In this document: in pieces, positions 9,010 to 18,878 of the stretch
Layout of the letters: every line of letters begins with the position of its first letter
How positions within the stretch are numbered: position 1 is the first letter of the stretch
Assembly: GCA_031256725.1 (NCBI GenBank)
Contig: JAIRQE010000005.1
Coordinates: 30,001 to 62,000 of the forward strand
From: Propionibacteriaceae bacterium
GTDB lineage: Bacteria; Actinomycetota; Actinomycetes; Propionibacteriales; Propionibacteriaceae
Direction: 5' to 3'
DNA: 32,000 nucleotides
Program-made: the position numbers and the translations under genes
Notes under the pieces: model-generated
Seen by the model: only the letters and a program-made list of their open reading frames with translations
What the model was told of the DNA's origin: nothing
Databases searched by the model: none

Positions 9010-9954
9010 TTAAAGCAACCGTCTTTTCATCGGAGCTAGATTGGTTTTGACATGCAACCCCGCATCTCGTGCAACCAGGGGTTCCATTCTTGCAGGCACT
9101 CCACCGATAAGCAGATCTGCATTGTCATCGGTTTCCCGAGCAACCAGACCTAATCCGATGGGGCCGAGTTCATAGTGATAAGCCTGGGATCCCAGGAAAC
9201 CGATCTTCTTTTCTGGGTCCTTGGCAAGAACGACCTCAGTTCCAGACGGTAGTACCTTCTCCTCAGATCCGTCTAGGTGAAAGCGCACCAACCGTCGTGG
9301 CGGTGCCCCCACATTGTAGACACGGGCCACAGTCTCCTGACCCGGATAACACCCCTTATTCAAGGAGAGATACTCTGAGGGAACACCCAACTCATTGGGC
9401 AAAGTACGGTGATCCGTGTCGACACCAATCCTGGGAATTCCATCTGCGATCCGACGGGCAGTATAGGCCCAGATCCCCACTTGATTACCCTCAGGTACCC
9501 TATCTCGACCACAGAAGAGCTCATATCCTCCAAGACAGTTGGGGGTACCTTCACGAGGGATGCACCCTTCAGGAACAGTTCCAGACCAGGCAACACACAG
9601 GGATGGATCTAATTCTGCTTGAACATCCATGCGGAACTTCATACGGTTGAGATGGTCAACTAGGGCCCTCCCATATCCAGATTCAGTCCAGCCGAAGAGA
9701 CAATCATCCGCCATCACAAATGCGAACCCGTAAAGAATATGTCCTTGTGGATTCAGTAGGTACGTGGAACTGGATTGACCCGCACCACAATCGTTGACTT
9801 TCTGTGTACCAAGAAGGTTGAGATACTCCAAGCAGTCCTTGCCCGAGATCAGGACCACGTCATGGTCCAGTTCAACGACCCCAGACCCATCCTCAAGCCA
9901 GCGTTGCTCGCGAAGAGGATCCCCGAAATGGGAACCCAACTCAGCCGACACCAT
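9010..9954 (-). CDS. ygfZ: YgfZ/GcvT-like folate-binding protein (Fe-S cluster assembly/repair factor)
   Basis: Signature NKGCYPGQETVARV. I place the start at the ATG at 9954 (AAGAGG ~10 nt upstream, 4 nt after the upstream gene's stop) rather than at the ORF maximum of 10023. Confidence 0.85.
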   Translation of the reverse strand: MVSAELGSHFGDPLREQRWLEDGSGVVELDHDVVLISGKDCLEYLNLLGTQKVNDCGAGQSSSTYLLNPQGHILYGFAFVMADDCLFGWTESGYGRALVDHLNRMKFRMDVQAELDPSLCVAWSGTVPEGCIPREGTPNCLGGYELFCGRDRVPEGNQVGIWAYTARRIADGIPRIGVDTDHRTLPNELGVPSEYLSLNKGCYPGQETVARVYNVGAPPRRLVRFHLDGSEEKVLPSGTEVVLAKDPEKKIGFLGSQAYHYELGPIGLGLVARETDDNADLLIGGVPARMEPLVARDAGLHVKTNLAPMKRRLL

Positions 9955-9958
9955 TGGT

Positions 9959-10450
9959 CTAGGACCTCTTGAGTCGGGCCCACAGATAAGGCTGAAGATC
10001 CTCCTCGGTGGTACCCCTGTCATAGGTGAACATCAGATCCGACTCAACGTTCCCATAAAGGCGGTGACCACCAGTAGCCGGAATATCAGCGGTGACCGTA
10101 CGCGCAACCACATCGGTTTGGAGCTCAATCTTGGCACCATCAATCGTCCCAATATAGATCTCAGCGATCCCTTCAGGATGGACGATAACAACCTCTATCT
10201 CCCCATCGGTCTTGGGACGCCAAAAACCGGTCTCCATCCCCAAGGATCGAGTGGGGCGGCCCTCCTCATCCACCTCAAAAGCCTGCATGATGTAGTGGAG
10301 GTAATTCCCCCCATTTTCGGTGAACTCCACGGTTACAGCGAATTGTCCGTCGCCGATCTTGGGGCTGTGACCTGTACCCTCCCAATGCCCGAGCATCCAG
10401 GCAACGCCCATGAGTTCAGGGTTGATCCGAGAATCGATCTCAAATGCCAT
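9959..10450 (-). CDS. Nitrobindin-like / FABP-family beta-barrel protein (DUF1794, THAP4-like heme-binding)
   Basis: LGHWEGTGH... followed by alternating beta-strand patterning, at the size typical of actinobacterial nitrobindins. The ATG at 10450 has GAAGAGGA upstream. The GTG at 10468 is the ORF maximum. Confidence 0.78.
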   Translation of the reverse strand: MAFEIDSRINPELMGVAWMLGHWEGTGHSPKIGDGQFAVTVEFTENGGNYLHYIMQAFEVDEEGRPTRSLGMETGFWRPKTDGEIEVVIVHPEGIAEIYIGTIDGAKIELQTDVVARTVTADIPATGGHRLYGNVESDLMFTYDRGTTEEDLQPYLWARLKRS

Positions 10451-10556
10451 TATTTCCTCTTCCGCCACGGATAAATAAGAACACTAACCAGGCGGCTAAG
10501 CCCACACCCATCGCAGCGATAAGTCCCACAAGGAGCCAGAAACTTAGTTGTGCCAT
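10440..10556 (-). CDS. Possible 38-aa single-pass membrane peptide (MAQLSFWLLVGLIAAMGVGLAAWLVFLFIRGGRGNNGI)
   Basis: Hand-translated ORF. It has one clear TM helix followed by a basic tail, and its 3' end overlaps the nitrobindin-like start by 11 nt. The SD is poor (GAGGG abuts the ATG). Confidence 0.3.
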   Translation of the reverse strand: MAQLSFWLLVGLIAAMGVGLAAWLVFLFIRGGRGNNGI

Positions 10557-10635
10557 CCCTCAAGTCTACGACCATAGGTCAAGTTGATTAACCACCTTTA
10601 CTTGCAACCCTCGAAATAATCACATATCATGTACT

Positions 10636-10692
10636 TTCGGTGGGGTGAGGCCTTGGTGCTTCAGAGGGGACACAAGTCCACACCCCACCGAA
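10636..10692. promoter_or_regulatory. Perfect 12-bp inverted repeat in the divergent region upstream of glnR
   Basis: TTCGGTGGGGTG (10636..10647) and CACCCCACCGAA (10681..10692) are separated by 33 nt. It lies ~135-190 nt upstream of the glnR start. Confidence 0.45.
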
Positions 10693-10826
10693 GCTACCAA
10701 CAATTCCTCACTCTGGAGGTGGGACCATCGCCGCCAACACCCAAGAATCCGGTAATGTTCACACCAAGAGTTTCCACTGCTGGGTGACCCCTTGGGCTGA
10801 TTCCCATGACCTGTGAAGGAGGAATG

Positions 10827-11477
10827 ATGGCCAGTGTTCTCTTGATCACACCAAGCACCGGGCCAAGCCCTTTTCCTCCTTTGACCCTGCTTTCCCATTC
10901 GGTAACAGTACGCAGCCCCAAGGATCAGGTTCTTACTGAGTCTGCTGCCTGTGATGTGGTGGTTATTGATGCTCGCAAGGATCTCATTTCCGCCAAGAAT
11001 ATCTGCCAGATGTTCAGCAGCGCCGGGGTGGTGGTACCACGGTTGATCATCCTCTGCGATGGTGGTCTCGCCACCTTCTCATCAGATTGGGGATGCGATG
11101 ATTTCATCATGGATGGCGCTGGCCCCACCGAGTTGGACACCCGTCTACGATTCCTGACAACCTATGACGATTCCAGTACAACCAAGGTGACCATTGGGGG
11201 AATCGTCATCGACGAGGCTGCCTATTCTGTATGGCTCGACGATGAACCCCTCGATCTGACATACACCGAGTTTGAATTGTTGAAATATCTGGCAGCCCAC
11301 CCTGGTCGAGTCTTCTCCCGCGAACAGTTACTCACCGAAGTCTGGGGCCATGACTACTACGGTGGTACACGCACAGTCGACGTCCATGTACGACGCTTAC
11401 GCGCCAAGCTTGGTACAGAACACGAATCCCTAGTGGGGACAGTACGCAATGTGGGATACCGTTTCACCGCTCGTTGA
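10827..11477 (+). CDS. glnR: Orphan OmpR-family response regulator GlnR (nitrogen metabolism regulator)
   Basis: Near-colinear with Streptomyces GlnR as I recall it: MASVLLIT..., [78 protein letters not shown] lies just upstream of the tandem ATGs at 10824 and 10827. Confidence 0.85.
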   Translation: MASVLLITPSTGPSPFPPLTLLSHSVTVRSPKDQVLTESAACDVVVIDARKDLISAKNICQMFSSAGVVVPRLIILCDGGLATFSSDWGCDDFIMDGAGPTELDTRLRFLTTYDDSSTTKVTIGGIVIDEAAYSVWLDDEPLDLTYTEFELLKYLAAHPGRVFSREQLLTEVWGHDYYGGTRTVDVHVRRLRAKLGTEHESLVGTVRNVGYRFTAR

Positions 11478-12324
11478 GCCCAAGAAGGCTCGCCACCTGT
11501 GTGTACTCGATCAAACGAAGGTTTTGATCCTCGCCGAAGAAATCCTTGATCACGATGGGGTCTATCCTCTCAATGATCAGGCTCTCATTGACCTTGAGGG
11601 TTCGGGAGTACACCTGCTCATTGAACGTGGAAACCAACTCCTAGGCTACGCCCACTATCATGATTCTGTTGCCCAGATCATGGTTGCCCCCCTTGAACGC
11701 CGCCACGGAATCGCCACAGATCTTCTTACTCACATCCATCTCATTGACCCCCATGCCGACCTGTGGGCTTTCGGAAACCTTGATGGCGCCCAAGGGTTCT
11801 GTGCCCATTACGGTTTCTCCCCGGTACGTGAGTTGCTAGTCATGACTCGACATATGGATGAGATCCCCCAACCCGTGCCCCATGACCTTGTCGTCTCCAG
11901 TTTTCAGCCAGAGGATCTTGAGGATCTTGTACTCCTCAACTCTCGCGCTTTCCAGTTTCATCCCGAACAGGGTGCACTGACAATCGATGATTTCAAGACC
12001 AGGATCTCAACCCAGTGGTTTGATGCAACAGGGCTCATCGTGGCTCGGGACTCTCAAGAAACCATGGTTGGTTTCATCTGGACTAAGATTGATCAGGATA
12101 TCGGTGAAATCTATGTTGTTGCAGTGGATCCGGATTATCATGGTTTAGGAATAGGACGAGTCCTTCTCAACGAGGGTTTCATTCACTTGGGTAATATGGG
12201 GGTAGCGACAGTGAGATTATGGGTTGAGAGCGATAATACCTCCGCAATAGTTCTGTATCAGCGGTCAGGTTTTACTGCGGCACGCCACGATGTCCGGTAT
12301 CGTATGAAGGAAACCGGCACCTGA
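11449..12324 (+). CDS. mshD: Mycothiol synthase (mycothiol acetyltransferase), tandem GNAT domains
   Basis: 291 aa. The motifs [48 protein letters not shown] and [19 protein letters not shown] parallel M. tuberculosis MshD. It overlaps the glnR 3' end by 29 nt. Confidence 0.88.
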   Translation: MWDTVSPLVEPKKARHLCVLDQTKVLILAEEILDHDGVYPLNDQALIDLEGSGVHLLIERGNQLLGYAHYHDSVAQIMVAPLERRHGIATDLLTHIHLIDPHADLWAFGNLDGAQGFCAHYGFSPVRELLVMTRHMDEIPQPVPHDLVVSSFQPEDLEDLVLLNSRAFQFHPEQGALTIDDFKTRISTQWFDATGLIVARDSQETMVGFIWTKIDQDIGEIYVVAVDPDYHGLGIGRVLLNEGFIHLGNMGVATVRLWVESDNTSAIVLYQRSGFTAARHDVRYRMKETGT

Positions 12325-12406
12325 GTGCCCCTCTATGGGCACTCGTGGGGGCTTGAGGCTCGGCGATGGCATCTATTCCCATGAGGTTCGGCGCGGAGAA
12401 GAGAGG

Positions 12407-15400
12407 ATGATCTACATGGACGATTCATCGGTCCCACCGCGGACGAGCCGTACCCCGCGCAGACCACCTATACCTCGAACAGACCGCCTCTCCGCCACCG
12501 AAGAGTTCCTCAGCCTTCGTGGCATGTCTGGCATGAACGCCATGCCCACCGAGGAACAGATCGACCGCCTCTTGTCCATGCTCGAAGATGGAACCCCTGA
12601 AGAACCTCCGACCCCCTTTGACGAGTTTCTCGCCACCCGGGAGGGTACTAGGCGTCCTAGCCGCAATCCTCGCTATCCCTCCTATCGTCCCCGAACTCAA
12701 CCCGGCGAGGAGACCCCGCGACCCACACGCCGCGAACCTAGTCGTATCCCCCCAGAACCCACATTGCCTCGCTACGACGAGAATGATTCCGTTGACGAAA
12801 TTCTCTTTCGTGAACCCCTTAGCCCCATCACACCTCCCTCCGAGCGCAGACCCTCCCCAGACCTTCACGAGGCCTCCGATTTCACAGGCACCTTGCGCCC
12901 CTCCCCCGATGCTGGCTCACGTACGACCCGCCAAACCAAGGTAGACCGTCTCTTTCCTGAGCGAACCAGTTCAAGTTCCGGGTCTTCGCGTAGCGCTGAT
13001 CTGTTCACCTTTGAACGCCCCCACCGTCATTCGGATCGGACTCCACCCCACGAGGAATACGATGATCTGGTTGATGATGATTTCGACGATGATTATCCGC
13101 CTCAGCAGGAGTTGGAGCAAGTTCGTCCACCCAAGCCTGTCGTACGAACTGAGACTCCGAAGATTTCTTCGACTGATGTTTTCTTGGCCGACTTAGCCTC
13201 ACGGGTACATGTGCGAGACGATCTGCGCCCACCAGAGGATGATGAGGATTCCCCTTCGACGCCAAGTGCTGACGATCTTTTCCGTTTCGATCTGTCCAAC
13301 CAGACCGATGAGGGCGAGGTTCCCCTATCGGAAAAGATTCTCGCGTCGTTGAATGACCGTACTGCTGCGATGCTGCTGACTGGTGAGATCCCTAATGATC
13401 TGTCTGAATCTTTGATCAAGCACATATCCAGGACTTCTATGGATCGTGTGGATGGAGCCGAAGCCATGACACCTGTTGACAGGGTGCCTGTGCCAGAAGT
13501 CGAGGAAGAATCCGACCCTGAGGTACTTAAAGAGATCCAGGATGTCGTTGAGATTGATCTTCCTGAAGATCCTGAAGTTCATGACACTCCTCACGACAGC
13601 GAACCTCAACCCCCAGCCCAGGATCAGCCTGTCGTAGAGCCTGTTGATCTCATAGAACCCGTTGAGCCTATTGATCTTCGCCCAGAGACAAATGTGATCA
13701 CACCAGTAATTGAGGAACCCGTCTCACCTCCCCAACCAGTGACGATGTCCTCCTTCGTGACACCATCGACTCCAGCACCCCACCAGGTACCTCCTCAGTA
13801 TTCTCAGCCTGTTCAACCTCAGGTCATAGTCCCCGTCCAGCCTGCACAGCCTACGCAATTGGTGATTCCGACCCAAGGACCTCCCCCACAGCCCTCACAA
13901 TCATGGGGTTCTCCCCAGGTTGACCTTCCTCAAAACCCACCCGAGGTACCTATACCCCAGGCGTACCTCACCCCAGCACCAACACCTGCGAACTCACAGG
14001 TACCTGATCAGCCGACGCCGCCACCTCCGTGGATCGTACCCCCCCAGGTGGAGGCCCTCATGCAGACCACCCCCAATGAGGCTGACCTGCCTGTTGATCG
14101 CTACTCTGATCGGGAATTGAGTTGGCTGGCCTTCAATGAACGAGTCCTTGACCTTGCCAAGGATCGCAAACGGATACCTCTTTTAGAGAGGGCCAAATTC
14201 CTTGCCATCTTTTCCTCGAACCTTGATGAGTTCTATATGGTCCGGGTTGCCGGTTTGAAGAGGCGTCTTGGGGCTGGACTTGCACAACGAGGTACCTCTG
14301 GGCTCCTTCCTCGCGAGGTACATGAAGCCATCTTGGCGAAGACCCGTGACCTGGTGACCGAGCAGACTCGCATCTTTCTTGATGAGGTCATGCCCGAACT
14401 CGCCCAGCAGGGAATCCTGATCCTGCGCTGGCCCAATTTGACTGATGCTGAGAAGGAGAACCTCACTGAGTTGTTCAAAGACAGGATCTTCCCTGTGCTG
14501 ACCCCTCTCGCTGTGGATCCCTCTCACCCCTTCCCCTATATCTCAGGCCTCAGTCTCAACCTGGCTGTACAGTTGCGTAACCCTCAAACGGGTACGCGCC
14601 TGTTTGCACGCATCAAGGTACCAAACGTCCTTCCCCGGTTTATCGAGGTAGCTCCAGGTCGGTTTGTTCCCCTGGAGGACATTATCTCCCACCACTTGGA
14701 TACGATCTTCACAGGCATGGAGATCACCAAGTACACCATCTTCCGTGTGACCCGCAACGAGGATCTTGAGGTCGAAGAGGACGATGCGGAATCCATCCTC
14801 TATGCCCTCGAAAAGGAGTTACTACGCCGCAAGGTTGGTCAACCTCCCGTACGCCTGGAAGTTGAAGAAACCATTGACCCAGAGCTCTTGGAAGTCCTGA
14901 CATCAGAGTTGGATGTCACCTCCCATGAGATTATTTCTGTACGAGGCCCCCTCGATCTGACAGGGCTCTTCCTGATTTCCGATGTGAATCGTGAGGACCT
15001 GAAGTACCCAAGTTTCTTGGAGAAGACCAGCCCACACCTGTCCGAGGTCGAGACCTCACGCCCAGCCGATCTTTTCGCGACACTTAAAAAGCGCGATGTA
15101 CTCCTGCATCATCCCTATGATTCCTTCGCCACCTCGGTACAGCGTTTCATTGAGCAGGCTGCCGCAGATCCACAGGTATTGGCGATCAAGCAGACCCTGT
15201 ACCGTACCAGTGGTGACTCCCCCATCATTGATGCCCTCATTGAGGCCGCCCGCGCTGGCAAACAGGTACTCGCTCTGGTCGAGATTCGTGCACGCTTCGA
15301 CGAGGCAGCCAATATTGCCTGGGCCCGCAAACTGGAGAAGTCTGGTGTACACGTAGTCTATGGGCTCGTTGGCCTGAAAACCCACTGCAAGTTGTCTTTG

Positions 15401-16150
15401 GTGATCCGCGACGAAGGCGAAGCCCTACGCCGGTACTGCCATGTCGGAACAGGCAACTATAACCCCAAGACTGCTCGTCTCTATGAAGACATGGGATTGC
15501 TCACCTCGAACCCGGTCATCACTGATGATGTGGCGAGACTGTTTAACCATCTGTCTGGGATGACCGCTGAGTCCAAATACCGCCGTCTGCTCGTCTCCCC
15601 CAACGGGATTCGTACAGGGATCATGGATGCTATTGAGAATGAAATCCGTCTCCACGAGCAAGGTACTCAGGGCCGTATCCGAATCAAGGTCAACTCTATT
15701 GTTGACGAAGAGATCATGGATGCCCTCTACAGGGCTTCAAAGGCCGGTGTCCAGGTTGATCTATGGGTACGAGGGATTTGTGCACTGAGGGGCGGCGTCC
15801 CGGGCCTCAGCGACAACATTCGTATCCGCTCCATCCTGGGTCGCTACCTTGAGCATTCGCGTCTCTACTGGTTCGACAATGGTGGATCCCCACAAGTTGG
15901 CTTGGGTTCTGCCGACCTCATGCACCGCAATCTTGACCGTCGAGTTGAGGCATTGGTACTCCTGTCCAACAAGGATCACATCTCCAAGATCGGTTCACTC
16001 TTCGACCTTGCCTTCGATGAGGGTACAGCCTCCTGGTGGCTTGAATCCGACGGATGGGTACAAAAAACCACTGATGCTGATGGCAATCCTCTCGTCGATA
16101 TCCAAGAGCATCTTATCCACGCAACTTCGGTACGACGTACCGCAGTTTAG
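12407..16150 (+). CDS. ppk: Polyphosphate kinase 1 with a very long disordered N-terminal extension
   Basis: The C-terminal ~680 aa is canonical PPK1: [13 protein letters not shown], the autophosphorylation-His region [12 protein letters not shown], and HLSG / HSRLYWF PLD-like C domains. The frame is open back to 12335. I prefer the ATG at 12407 (GGAGAAGAGAGG upstream). An internal ATG at 14060 with GGTGGAGG upstream would give a normal ~697-aa PPK1. Confidence 0.9.
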   Translation: MIYMDDSSVPPRTSRTPRRPPIPRTDRLSATEEFLSLRGMSGMNAMPTEEQIDRLLSMLEDGTPEEPPTPFDEFLATREGTRRPSRNPRYPSYRPRTQPGEETPRPTRREPSRIPPEPTLPRYDENDSVDEILFREPLSPITPPSERRPSPDLHEASDFTGTLRPSPDAGSRTTRQTKVDRLFPERTSSSSGSSRSADLFTFERPHRHSDRTPPHEEYDDLVDDDFDDDYPPQQELEQVRPPKPVVRTETPKISSTDVFLADLASRVHVRDDLRPPEDDEDSPSTPSADDLFRFDLSNQTDEGEVPLSEKILASLNDRTAAMLLTGEIPNDLSESLIKHISRTSMDRVDGAEAMTPVDRVPVPEVEEESDPEVLKEIQDVVEIDLPEDPEVHDTPHDSEPQPPAQDQPVVEPVDLIEPVEPIDLRPETNVITPVIEEPVSPPQPVTMSSFVTPSTPAPHQVPPQYSQPVQPQVIVPVQPAQPTQLVIPTQGPPPQPSQSWGSPQVDLPQNPPEVPIPQAYLTPAPTPANSQVPDQPTPPPPWIVPPQVEALMQTTPNEADLPVDRYSDRELSWLAFNERVLDLAKDRKRIPLLERAKFLAIFSSNLDEFYMVRVAGLKRRLGAGLAQRGTSGLLPREVHEAILAKTRDLVTEQTRIFLDEVMPELAQQGILILRWPNLTDAEKENLTELFKDRIFPVLTPLAVDPSHPFPYISGLSLNLAVQLRNPQTGTRLFARIKVPNVLPRFIEVAPGRFVPLEDIISHHLDTIFTGMEITKYTIFRVTRNEDLEVEEDDAESILYALEKELLRRKVGQPPVRLEVEETIDPELLEVLTSELDVTSHEIISVRGPLDLTGLFLISDVNREDLKYPSFLEKTSPHLSEVETSRPADLFATLKKRDVLLHHPYDSFATSVQRFIEQAAADPQVLAIKQTLYRTSGDSPIIDALIEAARAGKQVLALVEIRARFDEAANIAWARKLEKSGVHVVYGLVGLKTHCKLSLVIRDEGEALRRYCHVGTGNYNPKTARLYEDMGLLTSNPVITDDVARLFNHLSGMTAESKYRRLLVSPNGIRTGIMDAIENEIRLHEQGTQGRIRIKVNSIVDEEIMDALYRASKAGVQVDLWVRGICALRGGVPGLSDNIRIRSILGRYLEHSRLYWFDNGGSPQVGLGSADLMHRNLDRRVEALVLLSNKDHISKIGSLFDLAFDEGTASWWLESDGWVQKTTDADGNPLVDIQEHLIHATSVRRTAV

Positions 16151-16208
16151 GCCCAGAATTCAAGTTGTATTGTGACTGATTCCTTGGTGGAAGTCTCGCC
16201 CAGGAAAT

Positions 16209-17114
16209 GTGTATGGTAGTTCAGTGAGCAATGGCACCCCAGCCCCCATCTGGGCAGCAGGCGCGGTACCCCTGCGTGGAGTTGATGACGAACGTGAGGT
16301 ACTGCTCGTTCATCGTCCTGCCTATGATGATTGGACTCTCCCCAAGGGGAAGGCTCGCTCCCGTGAACTTCTTCCTTCGACAGCAGTACGTGAAGTTGGC
16401 GAGGAAGCATCAGCCAAGATCCGATTGGGGTCCCCACTCACCCCAGTTCGGTACCCAATCTCCCAGCGCATGAAGATCGTTTCCTGGTGGGTGGGCGTGA
16501 CCCTCTCATCAACAAAGCACAGCGCCAACGAGGAGGTCGACAAAGCAAAGTGGATGAATCCAGACAAGGCTCTGACTACTCTGACCTACGCTGATGAGCG
16601 GGAGATACTCACGGAGGCTCTCACACTGCCCTCCACAACACCAATGATCATCCTGCGCCACGCGAAAGCCAAAAACCGCGAGGGGTGGAGGAAGGCCGAC
16701 CACCTACGTCCCCTCAGTTCCCAGGGTCGCTCGCAACTGTCGTACGTCTCCCAGATCCTCTCACCCTTCGGTGTCACCAAGCTGGTCTCCTCGTCAGCAA
16801 CCCGCTGCGTATCCACCCTCCAGGAGTACGCCAAAGCCCAGGGTTTGAAAATCACAACCACGGAAGGACTCACCGAAGAGAAAGCCACCGAGCGTGAAAC
16901 AGGGGCCTACATGCAACGCCTTGCCCTCAAGGTGGGTAGCTCTGGGAAACCCACTGTGGTGTGTGGTCATCGTCCAGTGATCCCCACGATGCTGACCTCC
17001 TTAGGGATTCAGGTACGTCCCCTCTCGACGGCCTCATGTGTGATCCTCCACCTTGACACCCACGGCAAGGTCATAACCACCGAGTGGCATGACACTCTCC
17101 GAGTGAAAATCTGA
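16209..17114 (+). CDS. MutT1-like bifunctional NUDIX hydrolase / histidine phosphatase (SixA-like) protein
   Basis: Nudix box GKARSRELLPSTAVREVGEEASA in the N-terminal half. RHA(K) phosphohistidine motif IILRHAKAKNR in the C-terminal half. The ppk-adjacent position matches M. tuberculosis Rv2984/Rv2985. GTG start. Confidence 0.8.
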   Translation: MYGSSVSNGTPAPIWAAGAVPLRGVDDEREVLLVHRPAYDDWTLPKGKARSRELLPSTAVREVGEEASAKIRLGSPLTPVRYPISQRMKIVSWWVGVTLSSTKHSANEEVDKAKWMNPDKALTTLTYADEREILTEALTLPSTTPMIILRHAKAKNREGWRKADHLRPLSSQGRSQLSYVSQILSPFGVTKLVSSSATRCVSTLQEYAKAQGLKITTTEGLTEEKATERETGAYMQRLALKVGSSGKPTVVCGHRPVIPTMLTSLGIQVRPLSTASCVILHLDTHGKVITTEWHDTLRVKI

Positions 17115-17129
17115 ACCGCTCTTCAGCAC

Positions 17130-18266
17130 ATGACTAAAGAGATTATTCCTGATAGTTCTCCTGCAATTATGGAGGACCCCCAGTACCTCGCAACCCAACT
17201 CATCACGTACCTTGGGAATAAGCGTGCCCTCACCCAAGCGATCAACACTGCGCTGTCGAAGGTACGAGAAGAAATCGCCAAGCCGCTAACAACTGTTGAT
17301 CTCTTTGCGGGATCTGGGGTGGTGTCACGTATCATGAAGGGCTACTCTCACCTGGTCATGGCCAACGACCTGGAACGGTACTGCGAGATCATCAATACCT
17401 GTTACCTGACGAACGTCACCGATGTAGACCTCACTGTGATTACGAAGTGGGTCGATAGGCTGAATGCCCTAGCCGATGCAGGAGCTAACCCGGGAGGGTT
17501 CATCCAGAAACTCTATGCACCCACCGATGACCAGAAGATTCAGCAGGGCGAGCGGGCTTTCTACACGACCGACAATGCCCGACGTTTGGATTTCTTCGCC
17601 CAGGAAATCCCTCAAGCCCCTGCCGATATCCAGGCTCTTTTGTATGGCCCACTGTTGTCGAGTGCTTCGGTACATGCGAACACTTCTGGGGTTTTCAAAG
17701 GCTTCTATAAGGACAAGGCTACTGGGATTGGGAAATATGGAGCTGCCAAGGGTGATGCACTCACCAGAATTCTTGCTCCCATCACTCTTGATGTTCCTGT
17801 ACTCAGTCGCCACACTACTCGGTCTCGGGTCTTCCGACAGGATGCTAACGAGCTTGTACGCAACCTCCCCCATGTGGATCTCGCGTATATCGATTCGCCT
17901 TATAACCAGCATCCCTATGGCTCGAATTACTTTATGCTCAACCTTCTTGTTGACTACCAGGAGCCGACGGATATGAGCGAAGTTTCTGGCATCCCAGTGG
18001 GCTGGAATAGATCCAAGTACAATGTCCGCCAGGAATCCTTAACTCACTTGCATGATCTCGTGTCTACGATTGATGCGAGCTATCTGTTGATCTCCTTCAA
18101 TGCCGAAGGGTTCATTCCTATCGCGGATCTTCGACTCATGCTTGAGAGCATTGGTACTGTCGAGGAGGTCATCATTGAGTACAACACCTTCCGCGGGAGT
18201 CGAAATCTGCGGGAGAGAAATATCCACGTCAATGAGCATTTACTCTTGGTACGAAAGCAGGCATGA
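17130..18266 (+). CDS. Solitary N6-adenine DNA methyltransferase, alpha-group (Dam/D12-like architecture)
   Basis: 378 aa. N-terminal YLGNKRAL, SAM motif I DLFAGSGVVS (~aa 58), then catalytic motif IV AYIDSPYN (a DPPY variant, ~aa 263) after a ~200-aa putative TRD. No nuclease gene is adjacent. Confidence 0.8.
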   Translation: MTKEIIPDSSPAIMEDPQYLATQLITYLGNKRALTQAINTALSKVREEIAKPLTTVDLFAGSGVVSRIMKGYSHLVMANDLERYCEIINTCYLTNVTDVDLTVITKWVDRLNALADAGANPGGFIQKLYAPTDDQKIQQGERAFYTTDNARRLDFFAQEIPQAPADIQALLYGPLLSSASVHANTSGVFKGFYKDKATGIGKYGAAKGDALTRILAPITLDVPVLSRHTTRSRVFRQDANELVRNLPHVDLAYIDSPYNQHPYGSNYFMLNLLVDYQEPTDMSEVSGIPVGWNRSKYNVRQESLTHLHDLVSTIDASYLLISFNAEGFIPIADLRLMLESIGTVEEVIIEYNTFRGSRNLRERNIHVNEHLLLVRKQA

Positions 18267-18268
18267 AT

Positions 18269-18784
18269 CTATCTGCTGTACAAAACCTTGAAGCGTTCCC
18301 AGATAACCAAGGATTCGTCCGTAATCTCGTACCCTTCACGAACCCAATAACGCTGATGATCCGCCCTCCAACTTTCAAGGGTACGATCACCCTCCCCTTC
18401 GGCCTCAGCCTGTTCAGAAGTCACCTCACCAAAAGGCTGAATGCACACCTCGACAGTTTTGATCAGAACAGTGGGAGTACCTTGCCCATCCAGGATGATC
18501 GACAGATCCCCAACATGAGGGATGGCTTCCTCATCCTTGTCGTACTCCTGCATGAGACTTGTTGTGGCGGTCTTGCGATCCTCCATGACAAGGGACAATA
18601 GCTCATTGGCGAATTCGGGTGAGTCCCCGAAACTCCATGCTGGTGGCACAACAGTCTGACTCCACGCCTTGCCCACAATCACATCAAGGTCGCCCAGTTT
18701 CGCATGACCTTGGGCCGCAATCCAGAATTGCTGCAAGAGATCAACACCAGCTTTATCTTCGCTCATGTACCAATGATCCCACAT
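18269..18784 (-). CDS. ASCH domain protein (YqfB/YhfF-like)
   Basis: 171 aa with an ASCH-like C-terminus (EAEGEGDRTLESWRADHQRYW...VIWERFKVLY). The start may be the ATG at 18766. Its stop lies 2 nt from the convergent methyltransferase stop. Confidence 0.72.
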   Translation of the reverse strand: MWDHWYMSEDKAGVDLLQQFWIAAQGHAKLGDLDVIVGKAWSQTVVPPAWSFGDSPEFANELLSLVMEDRKTATTSLMQEYDKDEEAIPHVGDLSIILDGQGTPTVLIKTVEVCIQPFGEVTSEQAEAEGEGDRTLESWRADHQRYWVREGYEITDESLVIWERFKVLYSR

Positions 18785-18878
18785 GCACCCTCATTGTGGA
18801 TGTATCAGACTTGAGTTCTTGCCCGTACCCCCGTAGATCAAGGCAGATAGACTACAGTCAACCATCAGAGAGGACCTT

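Noticed and set aside
9794-10474. 226-aa plus-strand ORF
   Set aside because: It is antisense across the ygfZ 5' end and the whole nitrobindin-like gene.
10770-10800. Possible GlnR box (TTCAC-n7-GTTTC) upstream of glnR
   Set aside because: The half-site orientation and spacing do not match the gTnAC-n6-GaAAC consensus I recall. There is only a single weak copy.
10620-10921. Two overlapping minus-strand ORFs (92 and 75 aa) upstream of and into glnR
   Set aside because: They overlap the glnR SD and start and the inverted-repeat region. Their composition is Gly/Trp/His/Cys-rich and they have no SD. They are more likely non-coding.
12412-13609. Several 60-150-aa ORFs on both strands inside the ppk 5' extension (e.g. 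12425..12868 -, 12588..12944 +, 13102..13467 -)
   Set aside because: All are much shorter than the 1.7-kb open frame continuous with ppk and have Arg/Gly/Ser-rich off-frame composition. I treated them as shadows of the main frame.
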